A stretch of DNA of 63,523 nucleotides, filler included, from Cercozoa sp. M6MM (GCA_040357565.1; 11 parts of 11 records of this genome joined end to end with filler, not necessarily neighbours in it), one strand, 5' to 3'; shown: positions 26,327 through 39,674, numbered from the whole stretch's first letter. The notes: generated from the sequence alone by a model not told the origin. Program-made: numbers and translations.

Positions 26327-28330
26327 TTACAGGCCGTAGTCGATCGAGTGCGAGAGCGCAAACTTCTTGGCACCGGCAAACTTGCGGTAGCGACGGATGC
26401 TGTGGGTGCGCACACAAAGTCAAGTAAACGGTAAGCTGTAGAGAGTCAGGGATGTGCGGGGTGTGGGGTGGAAATATTGGAGGACATACCGCTCAGGCGT
26501 GACGGCCCAGTACTCGTTGGCGACGCGCTGCAGGAAGTGCTGGTCGTGCGAGATGATAAGCACGCCGCCCGGGTACTCGCTGACGGCCTCGATGAGCGAG
26601 TCGACGGTTTGAATGTCCAGGTGGTTGGTCGGCTCGTCCATGATGAGGAAGTTCGGCGCCTTCCACGTGAGTGCGCAGAAGGCGACGCGCGACTTCTCGC
26701 CGCCCGACAGGTAGCGGATCTGCTGCGTCTGACGCTCGCCCTTGATGCCTGTGGGGGTGTAAGGGTAGGAGTGCCAGGGGTATGGTATTGTAGGACAGGC
26801 TAAGATAGGACAGGGGCACCGAAACGGCCGAGTACACGGCGGCACCACTGGTACGCATTGCCGATCTCGCCACGTCGCTCTGAAAGGTCGGCCGAGAACT
26901 TCTTCTGCAGGAACTCCACGGGCGTCAGGTCGTAGTCCAGAATGTCCGTATGGTGCTGCGTGAACACGGCGATGCGCGCCTGCTGGTTGCGCCAGCACTC
27001 GCCCGACGTTGCCTGTAGACACAGGGGTGGGGTAAGGGGTGGGGGGCAGGGGTAAAGGCCCGTACCTCCAGCTTGCCGAGCAACAGTTTAACGAGCGTCG
27101 ACTTGCCGACACCGTTGGCACCGATCATACCGATGCGCGAGTCCGTGTCGATCTGCAGCGTGATGTGCTTCAGCAGGTCCTCCTCCATGTTCGGGTAGCG
27201 GAAGGCCACGTCCTGTTGGTACCAGGAAGGTAGGGCAGGTGGGAGTAGGCTCGAGTAGATGGGGAGGGGGTAGGATAGGATAGGGACAGGGTCAGAGGCA
27301 GGATCAAAACTACCTCCATGGTGCAGACCGGCTGCTCAAGCTTGTCGGCCTCGGGGAACTGGAAGTGGAACTCGCGCTCCTCAGGCGGCGGCGGGATCAG
27401 CACGCGCTTCTCCATGATCTTGATGCGCGCCTGCACCTGCGCTTGCACCTTCTGACTGCCCTTGCCGCCCATCTTCTCGACGAACTCCTTGTCCTGCGCG
27501 ATCTGCACCTGCTGCGCGTCGTAGTCGTTCTGCCACTGGCGACGCGCCTCGGCACGCGTGTGCTCAAACTACACACATGCACACACATAAGTAGAGGGGG
27601 GGGTCGTATAATAGAGACAGGCAAGACAAGAGTCACCTTGTCATAGTTGCCCTTGTAGTAGGTGAGCGTGCAGTCGTGCAGGTGGATGACGTGCGTCACC
27701 ACCGAGTTCAAAAACGTGCGGTCGTGCGACACAATGACGCACGTGTTGTGGAAGTTCGTGGCCAGGTACTGTTGCAGCCACAGCACCGACGGGAAGTCCT
27801 GTCGGCACACAGCACACAGCACACACATATATCTCAGCGTAGCACACAAGGGAGGTCAGGGGCGGAACAGGATGGTGCCAGGTGGTTGGTCGGCTCGTCC
27901 AGCAGCAGCACGTCGGGCTGGATGAAGAGCGCGCAGGCCAGGGCAACGCGCACGCGGTAGCCGCCAGACAGCGCCTTGGTGGGCCCGTCCTGCATCTTGG
28001 TGGTGAAGCCGAGGCCCGTGAGGATCTGGCGCGCGCGGCGCTCCATCTCGTCGACGTCGAGCTCGCCCATCATCTCGTAGACCTGGTTGAGCATGTCGCC
28101 GAGCTGCTCCATCTGCTCGGTGTCGTCCTCGGGACAGGCGTCTTGCGCCTCCAGCACCTTCTGCTCCTGCTCCTCGAGCTGCTTCTGCCGCACGTCGCTC
28201 TGCAGCACCGTCTGGAACACCGACAGCTCCGTGGCCTTGTGTTCCTGCGCCACGTGCATGATGTGCACGTGTCGCGGCATGCCTGTGTCACCCACAGCAT
28301 CGATATATATACATATGTATTATAGAATGG

Positions 28331-28381
<51 letters not shown>

Positions 28382-28792
28382 GCAGCGCACCTTCGATCGA
28401 GTAGCTGGCCAGCGCACGTAGCAGCGTGGTCTTGCCGTGCCCGTTGCGTCCAATGAGACCGTACTTGTGCCCGTCGTGCAGCTTGACATCCACGCTGTTC
28501 AGCAGCTGCGTCTTGCCGTCCGGCGTGAACATCGAATAGCCCTCGATCATGATCTCCTTGGAGTACTTGCTGCCCGGTGGAGGCGGCACGTAGCCCGAAG
28601 GACCCAGCTCGAGCTGCACCACACATGCCATACCCCCTTGCCCCATACCATACCAACACACCACAAAGAGCCACACACCTGCAGCTCCTGCACGGCCGAC
28701 TTCTCTTCCTCGACCGGCTGCTCAGTAGCCTTGGCGGCGGCAGCGGCCTTGCGCTTGGCGGCCTTCTTGTCAACCTTCTTCTTGCGCGCCAT
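26327..28792 (-). CDS. ABCF-family soluble ABC ATPase
   Basis: Two NBDs (GRNGHGKTT/LSGG/LLLDEPTNHLD/SHDR and GANGVGKST/LSGGEK/IMDEPTNHLD/SHD), YYKGNYD linker, no transmembrane segments. Confidence 0.96.
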
Positions 28793-29208
28793 CTCTGACA
28801 CAAATGACACCCCGTTCACACAATACAAAACTCGCGGCAAACAAAGCCCAAAAGGTGCGCCGTGTCACTGCGACACGTGTTATAATGTACCTTCTGTTCA
28901 GCCACGTGCTCACAACGTTTGTGAGACGTCAGTTTCGACGAAATCTTTATTTCTTGTAGCCAGGTCCGTACAAATGGTCCGTCTGTTTAGACACTTTCCA
29001 GAATCCAGCGTTTTCCAAGGTCTTGGGATGCAGTACTGATAATTTGGTCGCTTTTCTGTCTGTTCGTTGCCTTGAAACGCTGTGACAGGAGCGCGATCCT
29101 CTTTTCGTCAGTCCGGGACTTGTTCGGAAACATAAACAAAAATCGACCGTGGCCAGGCACTCCTCAAGCCATCGAACAAGCTCACAGGCGTGCCCTAGCT
29201 ATAGGAGT

Positions 29209-30016
29209 ATGTCGGCTGAGCGAATTATTGGCGAAGGCCACGCGTCCGCGAAGGATGTGTTCGCCCACACCGATTTCGGTAGAGCGAAGAGATTCTGTGT
29301 TTGATTGATGCTTTTTGCTGGGGTGGTCATCAGTCGCACTTGCCTGTGTGCAGAGAAGGAAAAGAAGGACTGGCACTGGGTCGAAAGCGAGGAGCCGCAT
29401 GTGACGCGTCGTGCGCAGATCCTCAAGGCGCACCCGGAGATCAAGAAGCTGTACGGCCCCGAGCCGCTAACGATCCCGATTCTGTTCTTCGTAGCACTCA
29501 CCTTGTCTGAATCTATAAATGTCATAGATGTATGGTGTATGTGTATTTGTGTGTACAGGTTGTTGCCCTGCAAATGGCCAGTGCCTACGCCGCCACCTTT
29601 ATGCCGTGGTGGGCCGTGTGTCTCTTTGGCTGGGTCTGGGGTACCACTATGTCTATCTGTCTGTGTCTACACACACACACACACACACACGTGCGTCTCT
29701 TGTGAGTGTGCAGGTGGCACGTGGAACCACTCGCTGCAGCTGGCGGCGCACGAGCTGTCGCACGGCGCCGCTGGCGGCTCGCGTCGCCGCAACGCCTTCC
29801 TGGGCATTGTGTGCAACATTGTACCTTGCCCCCGAGTGCGCATGTGTAGGGTGCGACTGTGTTGCCTATGCCTATGTGTGGTTGGTGGCACAGCCCACGA
29901 TGGTGCCGTCGGCCATGTCGTTCTTCCGGTACCACCCGGAGCATCACAGCGGCCAGGGCTACGACGTCGTCGACACGGACGTTCCGTCGGCCATTGAGGT
30001 ACCTCTGCAGATACAT

Positions 30017-30047
<31 letters not shown>

Positions 30048-30619
30048 AATATATATATGTATATAGTAGATGTATATGATGTTATGTACAGGTCAAGTTC
30101 TTCACGACGACGCTTCGCAAGCTGGTGTGGCTCACGCTGCAGCCTTTCTTCTACGCCCTGCGGTACACACTCCGTCTGTGTATGTGTATATATAATGTAA
30201 ATGTATGTATGGTGTAGGCCGCTCATGGTGAACCCGAAGAAGATGGTGCCGCTCGAGATGCTCAACTGGGCCGTGATTGTTGCCTGCGACGTGGCTCTCT
30301 ACCTCGCCTTTGGCTGGAAGGGCGTCGCCTACCTGGTACTTATATCTATCTGTCTATACATACCTATCTCTATATATGTATGTGTGTATGCACACATATA
30401 CATATATTACATATATATGACAGGTGATTGGTACCTTCCTCGGCCTCGGTCTGCACCCGTCGGCCGGCCACTTCATCGCCGAGCACTACGAGTTCGTCGA
30501 GGGTCAGGAGACTTACTCGTACTACGGACCGTGGAACCTCACCAACTGGAACGTTGGCTGTACGTCTCTGCTCTACTCTTACCCCGTCTGCCCTCCCCCC
30601 TTCCCCCCTGCTGCACCAC

Positions 30620-30658
<39 letters not shown>

Positions 30659-31068
30659 GCGGCTTGTGTGGACAGACCATGTCGAGCATCACGACTTCCC
30701 GCAGGTGCCATGGAGCCGCCTGCACAAGGTAGCCCTGTCCGTCCTTCCTGTGGGGTGTACTGAGCCGGTGAAACTGATGTGTGTCGATCGAGCAGATCCG
30801 CGAGATGGCGCCTGAGTTTTACGAGCACCTGCCATACCACACGAGCTACACCGAGGTGCTCTACCGCTTCGTCACCGACCCGAACATTGGCCCGTGGTCG
30901 CGCATTAAGCGCTTCCCCAAGAAGACGCTGCAGAAGGTACCTCGTCGCACAATAGCTCTCGTTGAGGAGCAACCCTTGGGAGATGCGACATTCTGCTGTA
31001 GGTGAGCAAGTCGGCCATTCGCGCCAAGGCCAAGGACGTACAGACGGCTGCTCAGCAGGTACTCTGCT

Positions 31069-31121
<53 letters not shown>

Positions 31122-31209
31122 TGTCTCCCGTATTGAGGGACGGACTAATTATATCGTGTGAACGCAGAGCATGCCCGTGCGTCGCCGCAAGAAGTTGCGC
31201 GCCGAGTAG
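29209..31209 (+). CDS. DEGS1: Sphingolipid delta-4 desaturase
   Basis: [23 protein letters not shown]; His boxes HELSH, HPEHH and HVEHH; [13 protein letters not shown]; [10 protein letters not shown]; 11 GT-AG introns. Confidence 0.97.
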
Positions 31210-31308
31210 GCACTGCCGCTGCACTGTCACAGGAGACGAGAGTGCTCGCATGGTGCACACACTAATCGGCTTAGTTGTCTGCGTTTTTGTGAGTGTTCTG
31301 TTCAAAAA

Positions 31309-32040
31309 TGTTACCGCGGCCCTCTCAGATAGGGATTAGGCCTTGGTAAATTGAGGGTGCTTTGCCGATGATACAAAAATACTCAGGAGCGTAACGTAAG
31401 ATAGTCTGTTCTTGGAGGGAGAGTGGCCAAGTGTCAGTTTGAAAGAGTGAGTTACCCCAACGGTTCAGTTGGGCGGCAAAGCACTGGCGGACGGGAACGA
31501 CACCCGTCAGTTGTTTTTATTAAGTTGGCGTGAAGAAAGAAGGGCCTCTGGATGGCTATCTGTTCAACTTGCTGGGAGGCTGGTTGTCCTTCGTCCCAGG
31601 AGATCTTGGCTGGTGCACTTTGTTGAGCGTTGCTAGGTTCTCAGGGTTGGCCACTATGTCTTCAATTGTGCGCCATTGGGCCGCATTGGTGCCGTTTATC
31701 ATAGCTTCCGTTACCTTGCATTCGGTACGTGTTGAGTGTGTCTTCTGCATTTCCCAGGTACCTGCACAGTCTGGTTTAATTTTTGGAGTCGTTGCTTGCA
31801 TCCACTGGACCAAAAGGTCCCGGACATGGACCGGACTAGGCCATCACTCATTGCAGTGATGGCCCTAAGTCTAGTCCGTTTGTTTGTTTTGTTTAGTTAT
31901 CGAGTAGAGACGCTGTCTACGGGCCCGCTACCTTGCACCATCCATGAAATCGACTTCGTTGTCTGGGGAACGTCAAAGGAGTTGTACAGTCCTACCCTAA
32001 GCGGGCGGTAGACACGGTAAGCTCTTGTGACCCACCCAGA
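31309..32040 (-). mobile_element. Interspersed repeat copy 1: degenerate non-LTR retrotransposon-like 3' fragment
   Basis: 31309-31551 aligns by eye to copies at 38064 and 60393. The minus strand near 31715-31775 reads, with frameshifts, LCRY(C)GNAEDTL-HV-TECK, resembling a LINE CCHC knuckle. Right boundary uncertain. Confidence 0.65.
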
Positions 32041-32134
32041 CAGGTGCAGGGGAACTACTTAGCAGGTTTTCTATAACGTAAGAGTCAACTGACTCGCTCA
32101 ACTAGCGGAAGGTGGCAAGGTAGCTAGACTTAGG

Positions 32135-32234
32135 CTACTGCAGTAGTGCAGCAGGCGTGTGCGCAGGGAACCGCAATCGCAGATGTCCGTGCACGTGTTC
32201 TTGCTCCTCGTTGGGTGCCTTTGTTGCACACATC
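32135..32234 (-). CDS. Possible terminal exon of a gene cut by the contig end
   Basis: After a (TG)n intron-like tract one frame reads ...EEQEHVHGHLRLRFPAHTPAALLQ*; frame uncertain. Confidence 0.25.
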
Positions 32235-32262
32235 GAGTAAAGTAGAGAGTACACACACACAC

Positions 32263-32314
<52 letters not shown>

Positions 32315-32414
32315 NNNNNNNNNNNNNNNNNNNNNNNNNNNNNNNNNNNNNNNNNNNNTTAATTAATTAANNNNNNNNNNNNNNNNNNNNNNNNNNNNNN
32401 NNNNNNNNNNNNNN

Positions 32415-32464
<50 letters not shown>

Positions 32465-32504
32465 ACACAGACACAGCACCGATTCTACAGATGCTAAAAC
32501 AACA

Positions 32505-32622
32505 AACCAGGCTGGTCACGTCGAGGATCAACACTCACGAACAACAGCTCGACGTCGTAGTCAAAGTCGTCCTGTACCAGCATGGGAAGAGACAGACACA
32601 CGCAAACATAGGTACATAACTG

Positions 32623-32677
<55 letters not shown>

Positions 32678-33507
32678 ACCTTTTCGTACTGCCTCCGCAG
32701 GATCTGGGCCACACGAGCGACTCGTCCTGTCCAATCCAGTTATGTCTTGACTACAGCGAAAGAGAAAGGGAGACTAGTCGTTCAAGGTACCGAGTTCGCG
32801 CGGACAGATCTCGGGACACAACGTGAAGCCAAAGTAGAGCAGCACCACCTTGCCTCGGAACTCCTTCTGCGCTCACATCAAGACATGAGGTGTGGAGTTT
32901 CAAACTATGAGTTGCTGGACAACAGGAACAAGCACCAAGTCGCGCAGACGGCCGGTCGTGTCGCGTAGTGCAAAGTCGCCGCCCACCTGTGTCAGTAGGA
33001 AGCGAGACAGGTACATAGATAGGCAAGTAGACAAGTAGAGGCGGACAGAGAGAAAGCCAATACCTTGACGTCGGGTCGTTCAGGGTCCATCAAAAGCTTT
33101 TGGCGCTTGGAGTCCACTCGCTCCTTCTCAAGGATCTCCTGCTCAGACATGCACCCATGAGGGAACGCGAAAAAGTGTGTCACGGAGGTAAGGTACGTAG
33201 TAGCGGTAGATGCCCCAGAAAACAGCGACTGTGCCGCAAACGAAAGTCCAGCGACGCAGGAGCTTTGTTCTGCGCACATCCACCACCAGCAACACTCCTC
33301 ACAGACATCGCAATCGTGGCATACGCGTCTCCCTACCTTGAAGAGGTGCGCTGTCCTTTCTCAAGCATGCGCTTCATCGCCTCATCTTGCTGATGGTCCA
33401 GGTGGCCTGAATAGCAGGCTTTTCACGAACGCAACAGACAAGAAACAAGAAAGCACGAACGGACCGCCAACGAAGCGAGCGCCACGTTTCGCAAACCGCG
33501 CCAGCAT
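32505..33507 (-). CDS. SCO1: SCO1/SenC copper chaperone (3' end cut)
   Basis: [35 protein letters not shown] (CxxxC), [10 protein letters not shown]. Confidence 0.95.
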
Positions 33508-33848
33508 CCAAACTCACTGCACGCAGCGCACACACACCAAAAGTCACTCGAACACTCAGTAATTAGATGCACGATTGTGCCTTTGTGACTCGGCTGTGTT
33601 TCTAATGCTGTACAAGTATTACGATACTGTAAAAGACGGGTAGTTTCCCGCCGATCGAGCTATGTCGGGTCGTGCGGTTAGCTAGGACATCTAGTACTTG
33701 TACTTGGTGGCCTGTGCAGTCAAAAATCCCCTTCGTTGGATTAGTACGTGCACATGCAAGGTCAGACGAGACGAGACGCCGCACAAGTATTAACGGCAAT
33801 AGCGTGGGAACACAAACACAAACCTGACCGAACTGACGCAGACAGGAC

Positions 33849-34580
33849 TCAGGCCGAGTAGGCGGGGGCCTCGGCATCGCCGTTGTCGTCGTCGCTGCTC
33901 TTGTCGCTCTCACCGTGACTCGGACTGTCGGGCCGCTTGTCAACGTCGTCGGCGTCGGTGTCGACGTCGCACGGACCGGGTGTTTCGGCGCCTTCGTCCG
34001 TGCCCGCTGTGGGGGGGGGGCCGCCCCCCCCCCCCCCCCCCCGGCCCCAAAAAGTTAAACGCACTATCGCGCCGACGACGCTTCCGCCGACCGTGTCCTC
34101 CTCGCTTGCGACCACGTACTAAGGGGGAGGGGTAAGAATAAGGGATGGGAGGACAGGCCAGGACAGGTGTACCTGGCATGAGCATCGCGGCACCCGCCGT
34201 GACAGAGCGACGCGACATCAGCGCTACAAGGGGGGGTAAGGGTAGGGGTAAGGGGTAGGGGTAAAGCAAGGCGAAGTGAGTACCACTCCGCCGACGTGCG
34301 ACGTCTTGCAGATCCGAGCGAATGTTCTATCCGAGGTGGGGAATCATAGAGAGCGGGGGGGGGGGTAAGAGAGGGGGTAAGAGAGAGTGTGGGGGCAAGA
34401 GTACACGCGGAGAGTGCTGTTGCGTCTGCTGATACTGATGCTGATGCTGTGCGTAGTGCTGCGGCGTGTGAGCCTGTCGCCACCGCTTCACCGACGAACG
34501 TCGCCGTCCGTTTATGAGCCGTCGCCGTCCCTGTACATCTGCAAGAGGGATAGGGGGTAAAGCGGCTACAGAGGTCGTGC

Positions 34581-34629
<49 letters not shown>

Positions 34630-35119
34630 GGGGGGGGGGTAAACGAGACACTACTGGGACTGCCGAGCGAAATCGGCGAACGCACAGCGAGCGAGGATCG
34701 CCGTCGTTGTCTCTCCTAGACACACGAGGCCATTTCAACCCTTGCCCTCCTTACCTTGTCCCCCTTACCCCCGTGTACACCCCCAGTGTACATAGGAATA
34801 CCTCAGAGTGTGGCACGCCATGCGAACCGCCCTGCAGTGCCTGCGGCGGTTCGTGCTGTCGACATAGTCACAGGAAGGATGGGAGGTAAAAAGCGCGCGG
34901 GGGGGGGGGGGTAAAGCTACCCGAAAGCGTACTGAAGGCGACATTTTCGGTGGCGTGATTTCGGTCGTCACAGGCGGCACCAGGTGCGCCAACTCGGTGC
35001 TGTTGGGGGGGGTAAAGGGAGGGGAAGGCAGGGGTGCGTGTGTGGGTGGGGGTAAATCCTACCTGCTGCTGCTCTTGCGTATCGAAGCTGTCAGCTGACT
35101 CTCTGACTGTATCTATCAA
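33849..35119 (-). CDS. 3' part of a low-complexity hypothetical protein
   Basis: CpG-rich exons between C-rich GT-AG introns; acidic tail ...DAEAPAYSA*. Confidence 0.5.
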
Positions 35120-35423
35120 GTGGGGTCAGGATAGGATGGGGGGGGGGGNNNNNNNNNNNNNNNNNNNNNNNNNNNNNNNNNNNNNNNNNNNNTTAATTAA
35201 TTAANNNNNNNNNNNNNNNNNNNNNNNNNNNNNNNNNNNNNNNNNNNNACTTTTTGTCTCTACCCTCGTTCCCCCATAGATGAAGACAGTGGGGACGGGA
35301 TCTCGCGCAGGTTTCTTTTGCCCTCTCCCCTTTATCCTTCTTTACCCCTCCCCTTTACCCTCCTCTTTACCCCTCCCCTTTACCCTCCTCTTTACCCCTC
35401 CCCTTTGCCCTCTCGTTGGTGCA

Positions 35424-36550
35424 GATCCACTCGCACGCCTTCGTGGGTCTCGACATAGGCGGCTCGCTGGTCAAGGCGACGCTGTTTGCACCGGGCGGCG
35501 ATGTTGCTGGTACCTTTCCTACCCCTTACTTTTTGTCTCTACCCTCGTTCCCCCATAGATGAAGACAGTGAGGACGGGATCTCGCGCAGGAAACGAGCGA
35601 CGTTTCTCAAACAGAACACGCGTTTCGGCAGCACTGGTATCTTTCACCCTCTTTCCTGCCTCCCGTATCCCCCTGCCTCCTCGCAAATAGGTGTACGAGA
35701 CCCATCGCTGGCGGTCAAGTGGCGCGGTGGCGTCTTCCACTTTGTCAACTTTCAGACAGTACTTTCTCTGCCCCTCTGAGTGCCCCAGATTACCCCGTTT
35801 CCCCTCCACCGTTGTAACGCACAGGCCAGGATGCCAGGCGCGCTGCTAATGATGCAGAAACACCGTCTGTTCGACAAGGGCGAGGTAATGAACAAGGGGA
35901 GGGGGTAGAAGGTGGTAATGCGAGAGTGACTCTTCGTGTCGACAGTTGCTGCTGTCGACCGGTGGTGGCGCGCATAAGTTTTCGAAACAGCTGGCCAAGG
36001 AACTGCAGGTGCGCCTGTGCAAGGTAGGGATGGCGTACTCGCTTTCGTTTACCCCCTCGCCCCGCCGTTTACCTCCTCGAGATAGGACGACGAGTTGCAC
36101 TGTTTGTTGCGCGGACTGAACTTTCTGCTGCGACACGTGCCGGACGAGTGCTTCTGCTTTCGCGATCCCACGCAGGTACACTCTGGTGTCCATGCGGACT
36201 GTCCATGTGGACTGTACAGGACTGTACATGTGGATTGTGGTTTGTACCGAGGTCAATGAATGTGCGGTCACTGTAGGCACTGACATCGACCGAGAATGGC
36301 GACATTGACGCCGAGGTGCAGCACGTCAGCATGCAAGGCGAGATCTTCCCGTACCTGTTGGTGTGTTGACCCCGCTTTCACTCCCTCGTATGCTTACCCC
36401 CCCCCCCCCCCTCTTACTCCTTCCAGGTAAACATTGGCAGTGGCGTGAGTATCCTGCGCGTGGACTCGCCGACTCGCGTAGAGCGTGTCGGCGGCACCTG
36501 TATCGGCGGCGGTACCTATTGGGTAGCACACGCACACACACACACACACA

Positions 36551-36598
<48 letters not shown>

Positions 36599-37638
36599 CA
36601 CACACTCAATTCACCCCCTCCCCCAGGGCTTGATGCGGCTGCTGCTCGGTGATAATGTCTGCGGCAGTTTCGAAAGAGCAATGGAGGTAATACATACGTC
36701 TTCCTCTCACCGCTTTACGGGCATCCTTTCGTTGTTTACCCCCTCCTTTGTTCTTTGTTCTCGGTACAGTTGGCACGTGGCGGGGACAGCACGCGCGTGG
36801 ATATGCTGGTGCGCGACATCTACGGCGGCGACTACCCGGACTTTGACCTCAAGGGCGACGTCGTGGCCAGTGCTTTCGGCAAGCTCGTGCATCGACACGC
36901 TGCTGCTGCTGCTGCGGTGCTTTACCCTCCCCCCCTCACCCTATATCATCTGACCCCGCCTTACCTCCCCATCTCCCCTTATCCCCTCAATACAGAGACC
37001 TCACACGGACCCTGCCGACGTGGCGCGTTCGTTGACCAATATGATCGGCATCAATGTGGCTCAGTTGGCCTACCTTTCGGCCATGCAGCACTCTGTCACG
37101 GTGGGGCTTCGCTGTTACTTTCACCCTCTCTTGCCTCTTTACCACCACCCCCTTCTGCACAGAGAATACTGTTTGCGGGCAACTTTATGCGTGGCAACAC
37201 TGTCGCGATGCGTTCCATCGCGTATTCGGTGCACTACCACTCGCGCGGTGTCATGGTAGTCCCCCTTCATACCTCCATTCGAGGTACCCATTCGCCCTTG
37301 GTGTACAGCGAGCCTTCTTCCTCAAGCACGAAGGATACTTCGGTGCGATTGGCGCCTGGCTCATGCCGTAGTCTGTCACTACCCCCCTCCCCCCCCCCCC
37401 AGACACCCTTGTGTCTCGCAGGTCGGTGGACGTGGAGGTACGACGCAAGGCTAGCGAGGCTAGCACGCAGCAGGAGGCAACGACGAATGCCAGCAGCACA
37501 TGCACAGGCCAGCAGGAGACAGAGGAGGAGGAGGAGGAGGAAGCAGCAACCGGTGCCACCACCAGTCAGACCAATGGCGAGCCAGAGTACGAGAGCGCCG
37601 AGTTCGTCTGCAGCGACGACGAGCGATTGCTCTGCTGA
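35424..37638 (+). CDS. PANK: Type II (eukaryotic) pantothenate kinase, 5' end cut
   Basis: [84 protein letters not shown]. Confidence 0.97.
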
Positions 37639-38063
37639 GTCGCGCGCGTGAATTTTAAGGACGACGACGCTTCGCTTCCGTTCGTTTCGACAGCTTTTTT
37701 CTTCATTTTGTGGTTCCGGTCTGCGTCTGCGCTGGTTACTATGCGAGTCGAGTGCGTCGATGTCGGGGATGTCACGTTTCTGACATATCCCCTGCTATCT
37801 ACGCGTACGCTAACTGACGAGAATGCGGCGAGCCACCCGACGAGACACCCTACAGAAGGTGTCAGAGCGCGACTGGAAACAGTAGCCCACCGACCTCCCT
37901 CCCTATCCTAGAGGTTTACTTCACCAGCAGGCTCCGACTATTTATAGCCGGCTGGCCTGCGACGCCGAACATGATGCGCGACCATGTGACACCGTAATTC
38001 TCTGCCACCGGCCCGACTGAAGACGTATTTGTCCGCCTGGCGACAAGACGGACGACAGATAAA

Positions 38064-38600
38064 TGTTACCCCAGTCCTCTAAGATAGGGATCAGGCCATG
38101 GTAAATTGAGGGTACTTTGTCAGTGATAAAAAAAACAACGGTCCAGTTGGGCAGCAAAGCACTGATGGACCGGAGGTCACCCGTCAGATGGTAACTGAGT
38201 TGGCGTAAAGTAAAGAAAAGAAGGAAGAAGGAGGAAGGAACAAGGGCATCTGGAAAGGCAGAACACGGGTAGAAGCGAAGACAACTGGTCCTGGAGAGAT
38301 CAGATTACCTGGTCGAGAGAGAGCCCTTCTTTGAGTTCAGCTGCAAACAGCTTGCCCAAGGCTTCCCAGCGAACATACGTCAACATCCCCCACACCTCTC
38401 TTGGGGATTTTGGTAAGTTGTAGGGTTACTTCCGCGCAGAGACAGTAGTTCATGAACTAATCGCGAACATGACTAATCGACATTGCGTTGCCAGGTCCGT
38501 CCACCCCTGTATTGGAGAAGCAGGTTCCCTCCTCTTTGAGTCTCCGCAGAGCTCGGGATTGCAAGAAACGCCGCTTGTCGTTCTGTGCCTGACATTTTCT
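38064..38600 (-). mobile_element. Interspersed repeat copy 2
   Basis: Begins TGTTACC like the other copies. Shares long near-identical blocks with 60393-60864 (e.g. GGTAGAAGCGAAGACAACTGGTCCTGGAGAGATCAGATTACCTGGTCGAGAGAGAGCCCTTCTTTGAG) and carries internal deletions. Right boundary uncertain. Confidence 0.8.
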
Positions 38601-38649
38601 AGAGTTTAGGAACTTTCTAGTAAGTGCTGAGTCCGGGGGCAGTCACCAG

Positions 38650-38954
38650 TCAGGCAGGCCGCGCATCGAGACGCCGCTGCAGCGCCGCCAGCACGCGCTC
38701 GCGCATCGCACTTTCGAAGCGTTGCTGCAGAGGCCGTGTATATGTGGCACAAATACATTATACATAGTGTGTATCTGGATATATGTATATGTATAATAAA
38801 CCTGAGGCATAAAGGTGCGCGGCATGCGGCGTAGTGGCGCGTTTGGACATTGCACCGGATGCACCTACAACAACAACAACAACAATGACAATGACAATAA
38901 CACACACACAGACACAGACACACACACACAGACACACAGACACACAGACACACA

Positions 38955-38999
<45 letters not shown>

Positions 39000-39626
39000 A
39001 GACACACACACACAGACACAGACACAGACACACACACAGACACACACACAGACACAGACACAGACACAGACACAGACACACACACAGATGAGACTACCAG
39101 GTGGTAGTTCTGGATGCCATGCAAGGCACGCGTCGCACTGGACCGACGCAGCTCGGATCGCACGGCGTGCAGCTGCTTGCGCACTTCGCCTCTACAGAAC
39201 AGGAGAGGTACAGGGGGGGGGGGTAAACTAGGGGTAAACAAGGGGTTAACCAGAGGGGTAAGAGGGTTAAATGGGGGGTAAGGGGAGGGAAAGGGAGGTA
39301 AAAGGGGGAGGGGAGAGGGGAGTAACACTCCGCACCTGGTGCTGACTTGCGCCTCGAGCAGCGTGCGGTCCAGCAGTCGCACGACGGCGCGTGAGTGTCG
39401 CGCACCCTCGTGCGACGACGTGAGTCGCCTGGCCAGTGTCATGGCCAGGATGGCTACACACACACATATATATATACACACACAAATATATATATATATA
39501 TATACACATATATATATATATACACACACACATATATATATATATACACATATATATATACACATATACACACACACATATATATATATATACACATATA
39601 TATACACACGTATATATATATATATA

Positions 39627-39674
<48 letters not shown>

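Noticed and set aside
31317-31490. HDV-like or hammerhead ribozyme, or U2 fragment (TAGTCTGTTCTT), in the interspersed repeat
   Set aside because: The P1.1/P3 topology and hammerhead core boxes could not be placed; the U2 resemblance is only a few bases.
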